Part shown: piece after piece, positions 45,546 through 54,553 of the stretch
How the letters are laid out: every line of letters starts with the position of its first letter
How positions within the stretch are numbered: the first letter of the stretch is position 1
IMG/VR virus record: IMGVR_UViG_3300030613_000001
Location: 1 to 63,520 of that record
Length of the DNA stretch: 63,520 nt
Source: a virus
Direction: 5' to 3' (one strand)
Program-made: the position numbers and the translations under genes
Notes under the pieces: model-generated
Told to the model about the DNA's origin: nothing
What the model saw: the letters and a program-made list of their open reading frames with translations, nothing else
The model's database searches: none

Positions 45546-46621
45546 GCATCGCCGATGTTAATTTTCAGGTCGGCAAGGGTTTTCCAGGAATCTCCGATAT
45601 TCACCTTGATATCGGCGACGTCCTTCCAGGAATCGCCGATATTCACCTTGATCGGGTACTCATAGGTGACGGTGAGCTGCGGGTGATTGCTCGCGCTGTC
45701 CCGGCTGTGTATGTAGTAAAAAACGCTTACGTATCCGGTCAGCGTGGGATCGGTGCCGTCCATGTCGCCGCGGTACATCGCCATCAGCGAGGTCGCCGTG
45801 GCGGGGGTGACGGCAGCGGTCGAAAGGGAAATGCTTTTCCCGCCCGTGAAGGCATTCCCCCAATAGCCACCGACGCCGTTCCAGGCGCAGGCGCCGAGGA
45901 CGGATGCCGTGAAGTTATCGAAGTCGGCCCCGGCGGAAACGCTTAAACTCGCGGGCGCCCACGGCACAAAGACGAAATCGTTTTTGTTGTAGGTGCTCCA
46001 AGGGGCGTATCCGCTCGCGGCCCCGAATTCGTACCCGTACAGACTGACGGCGGACACCTTCGCGGCGCGGCCGATGGAGGACGTGTCGAAATTAAGCCCG
46101 CTCCGCCTTAAACGCACCACGTTCCCGGGGGTGGAATAAGCCACGACGATTCCGCCGGTGTAAAGGTAGGTTTCGCCGACTCCGGCGTACCACCACGAGG
46201 CGGTTGTGCGGTGAGCGGAAAAGGGGTCCCCTTCCGGCTCTGCGCGCGAAGTGCTGAACGTGACATCGTAGCAATAGTTTTCACCAGCGGCTGAATTTTT
46301 GGCAAGGGACGCGAACCCGAAGCCGGGGACCATCCGCTGGCGGTCCAGCGCCGCCCAGTCGGCAAAGTGCAGCGTCCACCAGAAGGACGCCCCGTACTTC
46401 CGCAGCCGGTTTGCGTACAGGTTGTTTCCGGACGCCCGGCACTCGCAGAGGAGCTTGCCTTCCCTTACGTTTATCCCGGTGACGAATGAAAAGCCCGCCG
46501 GCGAGATCCCGATGACGGGCACCGCGGGAATCCCGAACACGGCCCTTCCCAGCCCGGTATTGGCGAACCGCACCAGTTTCACCTGATGGCGGTCGAACCA
46601 CTCTTTGCCGAAAACCTGCAT
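45527..46621 (-). CDS. Tail-fibre-like protein (364 aa) with a C-terminal 14-aa tandem repeat
   Basis: C-terminus KVNIGDSWKDVADIKVNIGDSWKTLADLKINIGDAWKAVL. Confidence 0.6.
   Translation of the reverse strand: MQVFGKEWFDRHQVKLVRFANTGLGRAVFGIPAVPVIGISPAGFSFVTGINVREGKLLCECRASGNNLYANRLRKYGASFWWTLHFADWAALDRQRMVPGFGFASLAKNSAAGENYCYDVTFSTSRAEPEGDPFSAHRTTASWWYAGVGETYLYTGGIVVAYSTPGNVVRLRRSGLNFDTSSIGRAAKVSAVSLYGYEFGAASGYAPWSTYNKNDFVFVPWAPASLSVSAGADFDNFTASVLGACAWNGVGGYWGNAFTGGKSISLSTAAVTPATATSLMAMYRGDMDGTDPTLTGYVSVFYYIHSRDSASNHPQLTVTYEYPIKVNIGDSWKDVADIKVNIGDSWKTLADLKINIGDAWKAVL
45530..45652. repeat. 42-bp tandem repeat, about 2.8 units
   Basis: ttccaNNNatcNccgatNtt units start at 45540, 45582 and 45624; they encode the NIGD(S/A)WK repeats. 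Confidence 0.85.
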
Positions 46622-46632
46622 GAGATAGCGCC

Positions 46633-47259
46633 TTACGGTACGTATTGAATCCAGAGTGTCCCGATGGGAACCGTGTCTGCCGACGGTGGGGTTGGATCGT
46701 TATCCAATATTACATTCGCCACTTCGGGCTCGAGCCCTCCGGTGTGATTCCTGGCTTTAATCTTCCGGTCGGCAGCCTCGTTATCCAGTGCTGCGGACCC
46801 CCCGGTGATCGCAACGGCGGAGGCTGCCTGGGTGGACATGCTGCCCAGGCCGTGCACGGCGGTCCCTGTCGCGGCAACGTGGGCGGCGGCCCCGTCGGTG
46901 ACCGCCTGCATGCTCGCCGCCGTCAGCCGGTTCTCGACCACGTGGGGATCGGTGTAGGTGACCGCGAGCGCCGTGGTCCCCTCCTGGGCGCGGCCGGAGA
47001 CGTTTCCGCCGGGTTGATCGGCCATGCTCGAACCCACAACCAGCGTATCCGACCCGGTCGCGCGCTGGACGATCTTTATGATCTCGCGGCTGCCGTTCTC
47101 GTCCACCAGCACCACCAGAAAATACTTGTCCTCGCCCTGCGATATCGCCGGGAACCCCAGGTTGCCGTGCCCGCTCTTGAGTGGAAGGGTCGTGGAGGAC
47201 GCGGTAATCGAGCTTGCAAGCTCCGCCGGGTACTGGTTTGCAAACTTTATCTCGCTCAT
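46633..47259 (-). CDS. Structural hypothetical protein (208 aa)
   Basis: GAGGAAA SD before ATG 47259. Confidence 0.65.
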   Translation of the reverse strand: MSEIKFANQYPAELASSITASSTTLPLKSGHGNLGFPAISQGEDKYFLVVLVDENGSREIIKIVQRATGSDTLVVGSSMADQPGGNVSGRAQEGTTALAVTYTDPHVVENRLTAASMQAVTDGAAAHVAATGTAVHGLGSMSTQAASAVAITGGSAALDNEAADRKIKARNHTGGLEPEVANVILDNDPTPPSADTVPIGTLWIQYVP

Positions 47260-47280
47260 TTTCCTCTATCCCTTTTCCTT

Positions 47281-47304
47281 GTGGGAGCGGCATCATGCCG
47301 CGAT
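47281..47304 (+). repeat. REP-like element, copy 8 (A/T-swapped stem; intergenic)
   Basis: GTGGGAGCGGCATCATGCCGCGAT between the stop of 47304..48002 and the SD of 46633..47259. Confidence 0.9.
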
Positions 47305-48002
47305 CAGCTTATCTCGTGCTGTTCCGTCGAACGGTCCACCGCCTCCGCCTCGACCTGCTCCTTCTTCCCCACCAACCCCGCGAAAAGCTGGTACCAGGCC
47401 GTTGCCCGCTCGCGCGCCCCGGGCGAGAAATCGGCGTCCTTGGCGTAGGCCCAGAACACGTCGTAATAAACCAGCGCGTTCTCGTACTCATCCCCCAGTT
47501 CGATCGCAACGTCATAGGAGCCGGCCGGCTTCACCAGGTCTGGCGCCAGCGCTCCGCGCTGCATCCACACATAGCCTTGGTTGGTCGCAGGCTGCGGCGG
47601 GATCACCGCGAAAAGCTTCGGCGTGCGGTCGTCGTAGGCGTAGTGCTTGACGGCGGCGGTGGGGTCGAGTGCCGCGAAGAACGGATTCCAGGCCTGCATC
47701 TTTTCCAGATCGACCTTGGTGACAAGCCTTCCCGCCGTAATCCCGTCGGTCCCCATGTTGTGGGAGATCCGCAGGAGCGCAAGCTCGTTTGCCGCAAGCG
47801 TTTGCCATGTCCCCGCCGCAAGCTTCACCGCCCCGGAGAGCACGTAGGTGTCCGGCTTCAAAAAGCAGATCTCGCGCTGTCCCCGGTTCACCCCGTCGAA
47901 GAGCCACGCATCCGTCCACCGCCGCTCCGAGGCCTCCTCGTTTTCCTCCTGCAAAAGCCCGGTAGCCGCCGCCATGATCGCCGATGCCAGTACGGTTCCC
48001 AT
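47304..48002 (-). CDS. Structural hypothetical protein (232 aa)
   Basis: ATG-initiated track ORF; the stop abuts a REP-like copy. Confidence 0.65.
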   Translation of the reverse strand: MGTVLASAIMAAATGLLQEENEEASERRWTDAWLFDGVNRGQREICFLKPDTYVLSGAVKLAAGTWQTLAANELALLRISHNMGTDGITAGRLVTKVDLEKMQAWNPFFAALDPTAAVKHYAYDDRTPKLFAVIPPQPATNQGYVWMQRGALAPDLVKPAGSYDVAIELGDEYENALVYYDVFWAYAKDADFSPGARERATAWYQLFAGLVGKKEQVEAEAVDRSTEQHEIS

Positions 48003-48004
48003 GC

Positions 48005-48907
48005 CTACATCCCCCTCAGAATATTCAAAGCCATCTCCCGCTTGGTCTTGACGACCTCCTGCGTGTAATTGGCGTAATGCTGCCGGCGGGGCTCGCCCTT
48101 CTTCTTGGCCACCAGGTACATATAGGCCGCGTAGGCCGCGATCGCGCGGCAGGTGTCCTCCGCGAAGGGCCAGCTCGCGTAATCGGAAAATACCGGCGGG
48201 GGCGCCGAGATATATGGGATCACCAGCGTTTCGGCGGCGGCGTTCGATTTTCGCGCAAGCAGCACCTGCTGGGTGGCCCCCGGCACGATCACGTAGGAGT
48301 CTCCGCTCCCGAAAGATGCCGAGCGCCCGTCGAAAAGCGCGCAGGCAAGGGCGATATCCGATGTCACCGCCAGCACGATCCCGTCCGCCTCGGTGGTCAG
48401 GTCGTGCACCCGGTCGCGCACCTCGACCGCGCTGGCGAATTCGGCGGCCGTATCGTTAAGTATTGCTTCCCCCGCCGCAACCACACCGGCGGAAGTCGTC
48501 GCCCCGCTGATCCGGCCCTCGGCCGTGCCCCGCGCCACCACCGCGAACGCCCTGGGCGGGCTTTCCTCGGTCTCGCTGTCCGGGTCGTTGTTGATCAGCG
48601 CTTCGTTCACGGCGCATGGCCAGGTGACCCCGCCGTCGATGTCCGTGTATTTGCCCATCGGGCGGCTTTCGCGCGTACGGTCCCCGCCGGCAAAGATCGC
48701 CAGATAGTCCGGCGGCAGGTCGTACCGGTTCTCGCCGTCCACGGTCGTGATCGTCGCCTTGTGGGTGATCAGCCTTGTTTGCCGCGCGAAATCGCAGGCC
48801 GCAACGTCGAGCGCATGGTAGATCGTCCGCGGCTGCAGCTCGAGCAGATCCGTCTCGGCCTTGTCGATCGCATCCAGAAACTCGCGGGTCAGTTGCTTGC
48901 CGTCCAT
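48005..48907 (-). CDS. Structural hypothetical protein (300 aa)
   Basis: ATG-initiated track ORF, tightly packed. Confidence 0.65.
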   Translation of the reverse strand: MDGKQLTREFLDAIDKAETDLLELQPRTIYHALDVAACDFARQTRLITHKATITTVDGENRYDLPPDYLAIFAGGDRTRESRPMGKYTDIDGGVTWPCAVNEALINNDPDSETEESPPRAFAVVARGTAEGRISGATTSAGVVAAGEAILNDTAAEFASAVEVRDRVHDLTTEADGIVLAVTSDIALACALFDGRSASFGSGDSYVIVPGATQQVLLARKSNAAAETLVIPYISAPPPVFSDYASWPFAEDTCRAIAAYAAYMYLVAKKKGEPRRQHYANYTQEVVKTKREMALNILRGM

Positions 48908-48929
48908 GGGGTTATCTCTTCATTTGCGC

Positions 48930-49289
48930 TTAATCAGCGATTTCAGCATAAAAAACGTAGTACTTACACGATCCGCCCGACAGGGCGACGTATATGCCGT
49001 TGTCCATGCCCATCAGGGTCGGATATATGATTCCGCCGTGATAGTCCGGCCCTGGAATTTTTACTTCATCCCAAATTACACCAGCCGCCGAGGTGTTGTC
49101 ATAGATAGACAAGGTCACCAGGTTCACCCCGTCCGTCGACCCGTGGATCCCGGTGATCAGGCAAGGACCTGAGAAAATCAGCGCCGACGCCGCCTTTTCT
49201 TTCGAACAGGCCCCTATGATGTGTATGGGGTTCCTGCTCGAAAATTCCTTCGGTCCGTAGCAAACTCGCTGCGCCGTCTTGTTGCTCAT
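48930..49289 (-). CDS. Structural hypothetical protein (119 aa)
   Basis: ATG-initiated track ORF. Confidence 0.6.
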   Translation of the reverse strand: MSNKTAQRVCYGPKEFSSRNPIHIIGACSKEKAASALIFSGPCLITGIHGSTDGVNLVTLSIYDNTSAAGVIWDEVKIPGPDYHGGIIYPTLMGMDNGIYVALSGGSCKYYVFYAEIAD

Positions 49290-49319
49290 TCGCGTCTATC
49301 CTTGGCGAGGATTCGGAAA

Positions 49320-49934
49320 CTATGCCTCGGCGTTGAACGTGCACTCGTAGGTGAACTGGATGGAATCTCCGTTCACGACATTGATGGCGGCAAACACGCT
49401 GCGGTCCATCAATGTGCCGGCACTCGACGCGGAAAATAAACCATGCTCGGTGATCGCACGGGTGCCCGTATAGGCGATCGTGGCGACCGTCTTGTAGATA
49501 TTGGCCGTCGCCCCTTCTATTTGCGTACCGGCCTGGCGGGATTCGACCTCGGTCCCCAGGGCGGTATCGGTGTTAGCCTCGGCCACCGCACCGGTGCCGG
49601 AGGCGTGGTATTTGAAATTGCTCAGGGGCGAGGTCGTGCTGTTTTGCAGCGAATCGACGATATAATCCCGGAAGGCGGTCGTGACCTTTTTTACGGACAT
49701 GACGCCGAGGTCCACTATCGTTCCGTCACCACGGACCAGCCGGGCGGACAAGATCCCCCATATCTCCGCCATGCAGCCCTTGATGGATCCATCGATAGCA
49801 GAAACGATCTCCGCCGAAGTCCTGCCGCGCGGGAGTTTGCCCTTACGTATTTTGCGGGACAGGCGCCAGGATTTGAACTTTGCGAAAAAGCCGTCTACGA
49901 TCTTGCCGGTTGCGTCACGTTTCTGCTTTGCCAT
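49320..49934 (-). CDS. Structural hypothetical protein (204 aa)
   Basis: ATG 49934 after TTGGAGGC; the track start at 49946 is a TTG. Confidence 0.65.
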   Translation of the reverse strand: MAKQKRDATGKIVDGFFAKFKSWRLSRKIRKGKLPRGRTSAEIVSAIDGSIKGCMAEIWGILSARLVRGDGTIVDLGVMSVKKVTTAFRDYIVDSLQNSTTSPLSNFKYHASGTGAVAEANTDTALGTEVESRQAGTQIEGATANIYKTVATIAYTGTRAITEHGLFSASSAGTLMDRSVFAAINVVNGDSIQFTYECTFNAEA

Positions 49935-49935
49935 T

Positions 49936-50868
49936 TTAGCCTCCAATCAGTTTTTTAAACCGCGCGCCGAGGATGCCTGCAACTTTTCTGTAGGTTATCA
50001 GGGGGTTCAGAAGAGTCGCTATGAGCCCGGATGCCGCCGGCATATCTCCTACGGCGGATTGGTGCGTGCTGAAGGCCGGCTGCGCTTCTCCGGTAGGACC
50101 GGGCAGCGCGCCGAAGCGCGAAACAGCCATCCCCTTGGAAACCGCGCCTGCAATCGCACCGAACACTCCTGCCAAACTTTTTAAAATTGATTTTGCAACG
50201 GACCCGCTGCCGGACGGCATGGCACCGAACAGTGCCTTGCGGGTCGCCTTTGAGACCGCCCCGGCCGGACTCGGTGCATTGCCCTCGTTCAGCTTGAGCA
50301 GCACGGCAGAGGCGGACGCGTTTCCGATAGGCCCGGGCAGCGCGCCGAAGCGCGAAACAGCCATCCCCTTGGAAACCGCGCCTGCGATCGCACCGAACAC
50401 TCCTGCCAAACTTTTTAAGATTGATTTTGCAACAGACCCGCTGCCGGACGGCATGGCACCGAACAGTGCTTTGAGGGTTGCTTTGGAGATCGCCCCGGCG
50501 GGACTCGGTGCATTGCCTTCGTTCAGCTTTTGCAACACGGCGGAGGCGGCCAGGGACCCGGATTGTCCGGGAAGGGACCCGGAGGTTCCCTTGCTGGTTT
50601 GCTTGACAGGGCCGCCGGCAAAGGGCGCCGGTAAGGCCCCGGTGAGAATTCTTGCAACAAAGCGCGAGATTGATCCTGATGGCGCCGGGAAAGCGCCGGA
50701 AACGGAGCGCGAAAACAGGACGAGAGCCGATACGGCGCCTGACTGCGCCGGCATGGCCCCCGATACGCCCTGGGTGTATTCCGTCCCGGCGGCCTTGGAC
50801 GGCAGAGGCCACCGGCGCAAGATGCCGCGCAGCGCGTAGTCGAAGGGTCTGCGGAAAACGTAGGGCAT
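49936..50868 (-). CDS. Repeat-rich Gly/Ala/Ser/Pro protein (310 aa) with an internal 78-aa duplication
   Basis: Two near-identical 78-aa units (…LNEGNAPSPAGA(I/V)SKAT(L/R)KALFGAMPSGSGSVAKSILKSLAGVFGAIAGAVSKGMAVSRFGALPGP…). Confidence 0.65.
   Translation of the reverse strand: MPYVFRRPFDYALRGILRRWPLPSKAAGTEYTQGVSGAMPAQSGAVSALVLFSRSVSGAFPAPSGSISRFVARILTGALPAPFAGGPVKQTSKGTSGSLPGQSGSLAASAVLQKLNEGNAPSPAGAISKATLKALFGAMPSGSGSVAKSILKSLAGVFGAIAGAVSKGMAVSRFGALPGPIGNASASAVLLKLNEGNAPSPAGAVSKATRKALFGAMPSGSGSVAKSILKSLAGVFGAIAGAVSKGMAVSRFGALPGPTGEAQPAFSTHQSAVGDMPAASGLIATLLNPLITYRKVAGILGARFKKLIGG
50099..50550. repeat. 234-bp tandem duplication (2 units, few mismatches)
   Basis: ccgggcagcgcgccgaagcgcgaaacagccatcccc... 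begins at 50099 and again at 50333. Confidence 0.9.
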
Positions 50869-50871
50869 GGC

Positions 50872-51342
50872 TTATCCGCCGATTTCCTCGAAGGTGATCG
50901 TGCCGCTCATGGTGATCGCATCCGCCGGGGCGGCCGGCAGTTCGACGCAGGCGCGTCGGCTGGGAGACAGCACAGGCCGCGTCTCAGGGGTCCAGATCTT
51001 GTCGAACGGCCCGCGGATGTTCCAATCCCAGGAATGGTGAGTAACGATTGTACCTGCGCTGGCCTGGGTCGTGTTGTTCGCCTCGACCGTGCCGCCAAAT
51101 GCGGAATCTCCCAATTCGTTCGGAACCGCCGCCGGAGCCGACCCGCTGGAGCCGCTGGTGGTATGGCCCGAGGTGAGCTGGATGTTAAGGATCTCTTCGG
51201 CCGCGTCCCCAACATCTGATTTCTGCGAGAGGTGCAAGTCGTGAATTTTAACGATCGAATCGGCTGGGGCCACGAGCTCAAAGAGATCCTGAATGGCCGA
51301 GACCGCGACATCGGTGAACTGCGCCGTGTAAATTCTGCCCAT
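50872..51342 (-). CDS. Structural hypothetical protein (156 aa)
   Basis: TAGGAGGA SD before ATG 51342. Confidence 0.65.
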   Translation of the reverse strand: MGRIYTAQFTDVAVSAIQDLFELVAPADSIVKIHDLHLSQKSDVGDAAEEILNIQLTSGHTTSGSSGSAPAAVPNELGDSAFGGTVEANNTTQASAGTIVTHHSWDWNIRGPFDKIWTPETRPVLSPSRRACVELPAAPADAITMSGTITFEEIGG

Positions 51343-51351
51343 GAAATCCTC

Positions 51352-52341
51352 CTATCTGACCAGCATATGGTGCATCGGCCTACGCGCTAATAGGTCGATG
51401 GTGATGGAAGTCGTCACCCCGCCAGCGGTGTAGACGATCGTCAACGTTGAATAATAGCTTGGGTTCCCATAGTTGTAATCGACGCCCGTCACGTTGTGGA
51501 ATTCCCCATTGGTGGATTTTCCCCTTACCCAGATCTGGATATGAGCACCACTTGCCAACCCACCGTAGTCGTCAACGAGTTCCTGGATGATCGGCGCTAT
51601 ATCGACCTCGTTGTAACTTCCTCCAATTAACCATGTCAGCCCCCCAGAAGCAGGCCAGCGGATAACAGTTGCAGTTAGAGTCGGCGGAGCAGTACCGCTC
51701 GCCTGCGGCGCGTCGGGACTTTGCTCCCCCATAACTTCAAGACAATCTGATCCGGAATCCCAAGAGGGGCCGCTTGCTCCATAAATACGAAGTATTGTAC
51801 CGGAGTTTATTGTGGCACCGGACGGAATTGCCGCGGGCAAGGTTGACCTAAAGAATCCATATGTAGGATAGCCCGCCCCCCAATCACCCATCCATATTTC
51901 GTTTCCTTCTCCGCTGTAGAGCGTTCCTCCGCCATCGACGGTATAAAGTTCCCCGTCGTCATTATTAGTAGAAATAGCTATGGGGCCGATGGTAGTCATG
52001 GTCTGTGCCCCCTGATGTCGGCTCGCCCGTAGTGCTGTGGCACCAATGTGGGGTGCGGGCTCGCCGGACTGCCAATTGACTTCGTTGGAGTATCCGCTTT
52101 CGTTTTGCGCCAAGTCATAGGCTGTTGCTGCAAAATAAAAGCGGATGCCGTCTTGCAGCCCATGAACAGTGCAGGACGTAGTGTTCCCGACATCGAGCGT
52201 TGTCGTATAAATTCCTGAAACTGTGCCATAGCTGATTCGATAGCCTGCGAGGTCAGGCTCGCTGTTTGGGTCCCATGCAAGCTGAACTTCTGCTGCCCAA
52301 ACCTGCGAGACAAAGCAAAGCAGAAACACAAACCAGCGCAT
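51352..52341 (-). CDS. Signal-peptide protein with a fibronectin type III domain (329 aa)
   Basis: ATG 52341 after GGCGGAGAG; MRWFVFLLCFVSQVWA signal; LAWDPNSEPDLAGYRISYG...FYFAATAYDLAQNESGYSNEV is a canonical bacterial FN3; AT-richer DNA. Confidence 0.7.
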   Translation of the reverse strand: MRWFVFLLCFVSQVWAAEVQLAWDPNSEPDLAGYRISYGTVSGIYTTTLDVGNTTSCTVHGLQDGIRFYFAATAYDLAQNESGYSNEVNWQSGEPAPHIGATALRASRHQGAQTMTTIGPIAISTNNDDGELYTVDGGGTLYSGEGNEIWMGDWGAGYPTYGFFRSTLPAAIPSGATINSGTILRIYGASGPSWDSGSDCLEVMGEQSPDAPQASGTAPPTLTATVIRWPASGGLTWLIGGSYNEVDIAPIIQELVDDYGGLASGAHIQIWVRGKSTNGEFHNVTGVDYNYGNPSYYSTLTIVYTAGGVTTSITIDLLARRPMHHMLVR

Positions 52342-52384
52342 TTCATCTCTCCGCCTTAATCGCCCGGATTGCTGCTGCACCGCA

Positions 52385-52741
52385 TCATTGCTGGTGCTTG
52401 ACACTATTGGTCAGGATAGCCCCCACAACCGACTGAACAGCAACTTTAGGGGAAACAACCGTTAGTCCTCCAATGTAAACTGTGGTCACATAAACACGGT
52501 CGTAAGCGTAACAGGCAGCTGGCACGATCCAGCTGTGTACCTGGGCAGTCGGCCCAACGGTACCGACAAGCGTATCCCCGCCGTCAACTCCATCTGTGTC
52601 GTGATACACCTTCTGTTCGGTGATGGCCGAGGTTGCCGGGTCAGGTGTCCAAGCCACTCCCACGTGGCATTCCTGCGAAAAAGCCGGTACTACGCTGATC
52701 AGGACTGCCAGGATTGCCAGGATGACGATTGCTTTTTTCAT
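52385..52741 (-). CDS. Signal-peptide protein (118 aa), beta-rich
   Basis: GGAGGGAG SD; MKKAIVILAILAVLISVVPAFS signal peptide. Confidence 0.65.
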   Translation of the reverse strand: MKKAIVILAILAVLISVVPAFSQECHVGVAWTPDPATSAITEQKVYHDTDGVDGGDTLVGTVGPTAQVHSWIVPAACYAYDRVYVTTVYIGGLTVVSPKVAVQSVVGAILTNSVKHQQ

Positions 52742-52798
52742 GGTTTAACTCCCTCCAGAGATTACTCGTAATATAGATAAAATACCGTGCCTCCCCGC

Positions 52799-53287
52799 CT
52801 ACCAAATGAACAATTCGATGATCCCCTTCTTGCTGTTGCCGGCGTTCGCGATCGATGGCGTGACGATTTCGTTGTTTAGGTATTTCGTGCGGGCGTCCTT
52901 GTTGGGGACCGACCTGCGCTGCGCGGCGCTGGTGATCGCGCTCGGAACGTCCGCGCCGACGTTGGTGGTCCCGTCGGACAGGATATTCTCGCCGTTGGCG
53001 TTGAGCATCTGCACATCATAGAGGTCGGTCGGGACGGCAGCAGGGTTGGATTTGAAATTTATACCCAGGAGCTCGCCGGTGATCGCTATCCCGCCCACCT
53101 CGGTCACGGCCCCGGTGGTCGCGGATGAAGTCCAGTTAAACGTGCAGACCGTGTTGACGTAAGAGTTGTTCTTGATTACCGGTACACAGGTGGTGTCGCA
53201 GCTTCCGGCTTCGGCGGCGTGGGACCGCCCGCCGCAAAGCAGCCCGGCCAGGAGGACCGCCACGGCCGCGTAAGAGAGTTTGCGCAT
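52799..53287 (-). CDS. Signal-peptide / possible lipoprotein (162 aa)
   Basis: GGAGGGA SD; MRKLSYAAVAVLLAGLLCGG signal. Confidence 0.65.
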   Translation of the reverse strand: MRKLSYAAVAVLLAGLLCGGRSHAAEAGSCDTTCVPVIKNNSYVNTVCTFNWTSSATTGAVTEVGGIAITGELLGINFKSNPAAVPTDLYDVQMLNANGENILSDGTTNVGADVPSAITSAAQRRSVPNKDARTKYLNNEIVTPSIANAGNSKKGIIELFIW

Positions 53288-53326
53288 GATTAATCCCTCC
53301 GTGAAGTTGTAGGGGTCGAAAAGCGC

Positions 53327-53662
53327 CTATTTGCCGGCGACGTAGCTCTTGACCTTCTCCAGCACCTCGGACAGCCCGGCCGGTTCCTTTTTTTCGTCGT
53401 CTCCGGACTCGGCGCATTCCTCGACCTTGCAGCTTTCGAGGTACAGTCCGAGGTTCTTTCCGCCCCAGTCGTACTCGCGGGTCGTGTCCTCGACGTTCTT
53501 GACCTCGCCTTCGACGATCACCCGCACGCGCTTCTTCAATGCGCAGCACTCGAAGCCGCTCGGCTGCACCGTCGAGTCCTTGGGGAAATTAAGGTTCAGG
53601 GTCGGCGGGCGCGGTTTTTCCTTTTCGACTGATACCGGGGCACCGATGGTTACGTCCGTCAT
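53327..53662 (-). CDS. Hypothetical protein (111 aa)
   Basis: ATG 53662 is ATGA-coupled to the upstream micro-gene. Confidence 0.6.
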   Translation of the reverse strand: MTDVTIGAPVSVEKEKPRPPTLNLNFPKDSTVQPSGFECCALKKRVRVIVEGEVKNVEDTTREYDWGGKNLGLYLESCKVEECAESGDDEKKEPAGLSEVLEKVKSYVAGK

Positions 53663-53805
53663 GGTTCGGTTTCTCCTTGTGTGGGCTTGCGCGTGTCGCG
53701 GCCGCAGTGGGGGCAGATCGCGGGATCGACCTGCATCCGGTCGTCCTCGGTCCAGATCGCGTTGCAGTCCGGGTTCGGACAAACCCGCATTTCCCCGTAA
53801 GCCAT
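53659..53805 (-). CDS. Zinc-ribbon micro-protein (48 aa; not in ORF track)
   Basis: Hand translation MAYGEMRVCPNPDCNAIWTEDDRMQVDPAICPHCGRDTRKPTQGETEP (CxxxxC...CxxC). Confidence 0.5.
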   Translation of the reverse strand: MAYGEMRVCPNPDCNAIWTEDDRMQVDPAICPHCGRDTRKPTQGETEP

Positions 53806-53832
53806 GGCGCGTTCGGCCTTTTTTGGAGTAGC

Positions 53833-54525
53833 TTACTTCTGCTTATTCTTGCCGCCGGCCTTCGCGGTACCGGCCGCCGTCTCGACTTCGATCACCGGCT
53901 CTTTGCCTTCCGGCATGGGCGCGGTGACCTGTTCCCCGTCCGGCGGCTGTCCCTGAATGACCGGCTCCTTTACACCCTCGGTTAATCCCGCCATCGCGGG
54001 CGGGCCCGCGTTGATTCCGGCCGGGCGATCTTCATCGTCCAGGGCATCCTGCTGGATGTAGCCGTAGTCGGCGAAGACTATCTGCCTTGCCTGGCCCCAC
54101 CAGTCCGGCCGCTTGTTGAACAGGGAGGGCCAATCGAACGGGCCTTCCACCGCGCTCCGATCCGCGACCGGCGCGCGGTAGTAGAGCACCTGGTCGAACT
54201 TGGATTCTCCGCCGGCGGGCGACTCCGCAAAGTCTCCCATCAGGCGCGCCTCGTGATTGGCCTTGGCCTCGTAGTAGCGGCGGGAAAGCTCCTTGCCCGC
54301 GCGGTTCCACCATGCCATGGCGGACTTGCGCTGAATCGGGGTCCCGATAATGCCGAACTCGCTCTCCTCGCGCACCGGCTCCCCGTTCTTGTACCCGTAG
54401 GAGCCGTTCCCGAACAAAAAGAGCGCATGCCCCGAGGCGTCCTGCCAGGACCTGATCACCATCACCTGCTTTTGGCTCTTGGTGCCGTCCGCCGACGTCA
54501 CCTCGATCGTCAATTTTTGCGGCAT
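53833..54525 (-). CDS. Hypothetical protein (230 aa)
   Basis: GAGAGG SD before ATG 54525. Confidence 0.65.
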   Translation of the reverse strand: MPQKLTIEVTSADGTKSQKQVMVIRSWQDASGHALFLFGNGSYGYKNGEPVREESEFGIIGTPIQRKSAMAWWNRAGKELSRRYYEAKANHEARLMGDFAESPAGGESKFDQVLYYRAPVADRSAVEGPFDWPSLFNKRPDWWGQARQIVFADYGYIQQDALDDEDRPAGINAGPPAMAGLTEGVKEPVIQGQPPDGEQVTAPMPEGKEPVIEVETAAGTAKAGGKNKQK

Positions 54526-54553
54526 AAAAACCTCTCAATGTTTTGTTGTTTTT

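Noticed and set aside
43615-45549. The upstream 645 codons of the 811-aa track ORF 43114..45549
   Set aside because: This part reads as RG-rich junk and overlaps the protein-like 644-aa frame. Only the last 166 codons (from GTG 43614, with an SD) look coding.
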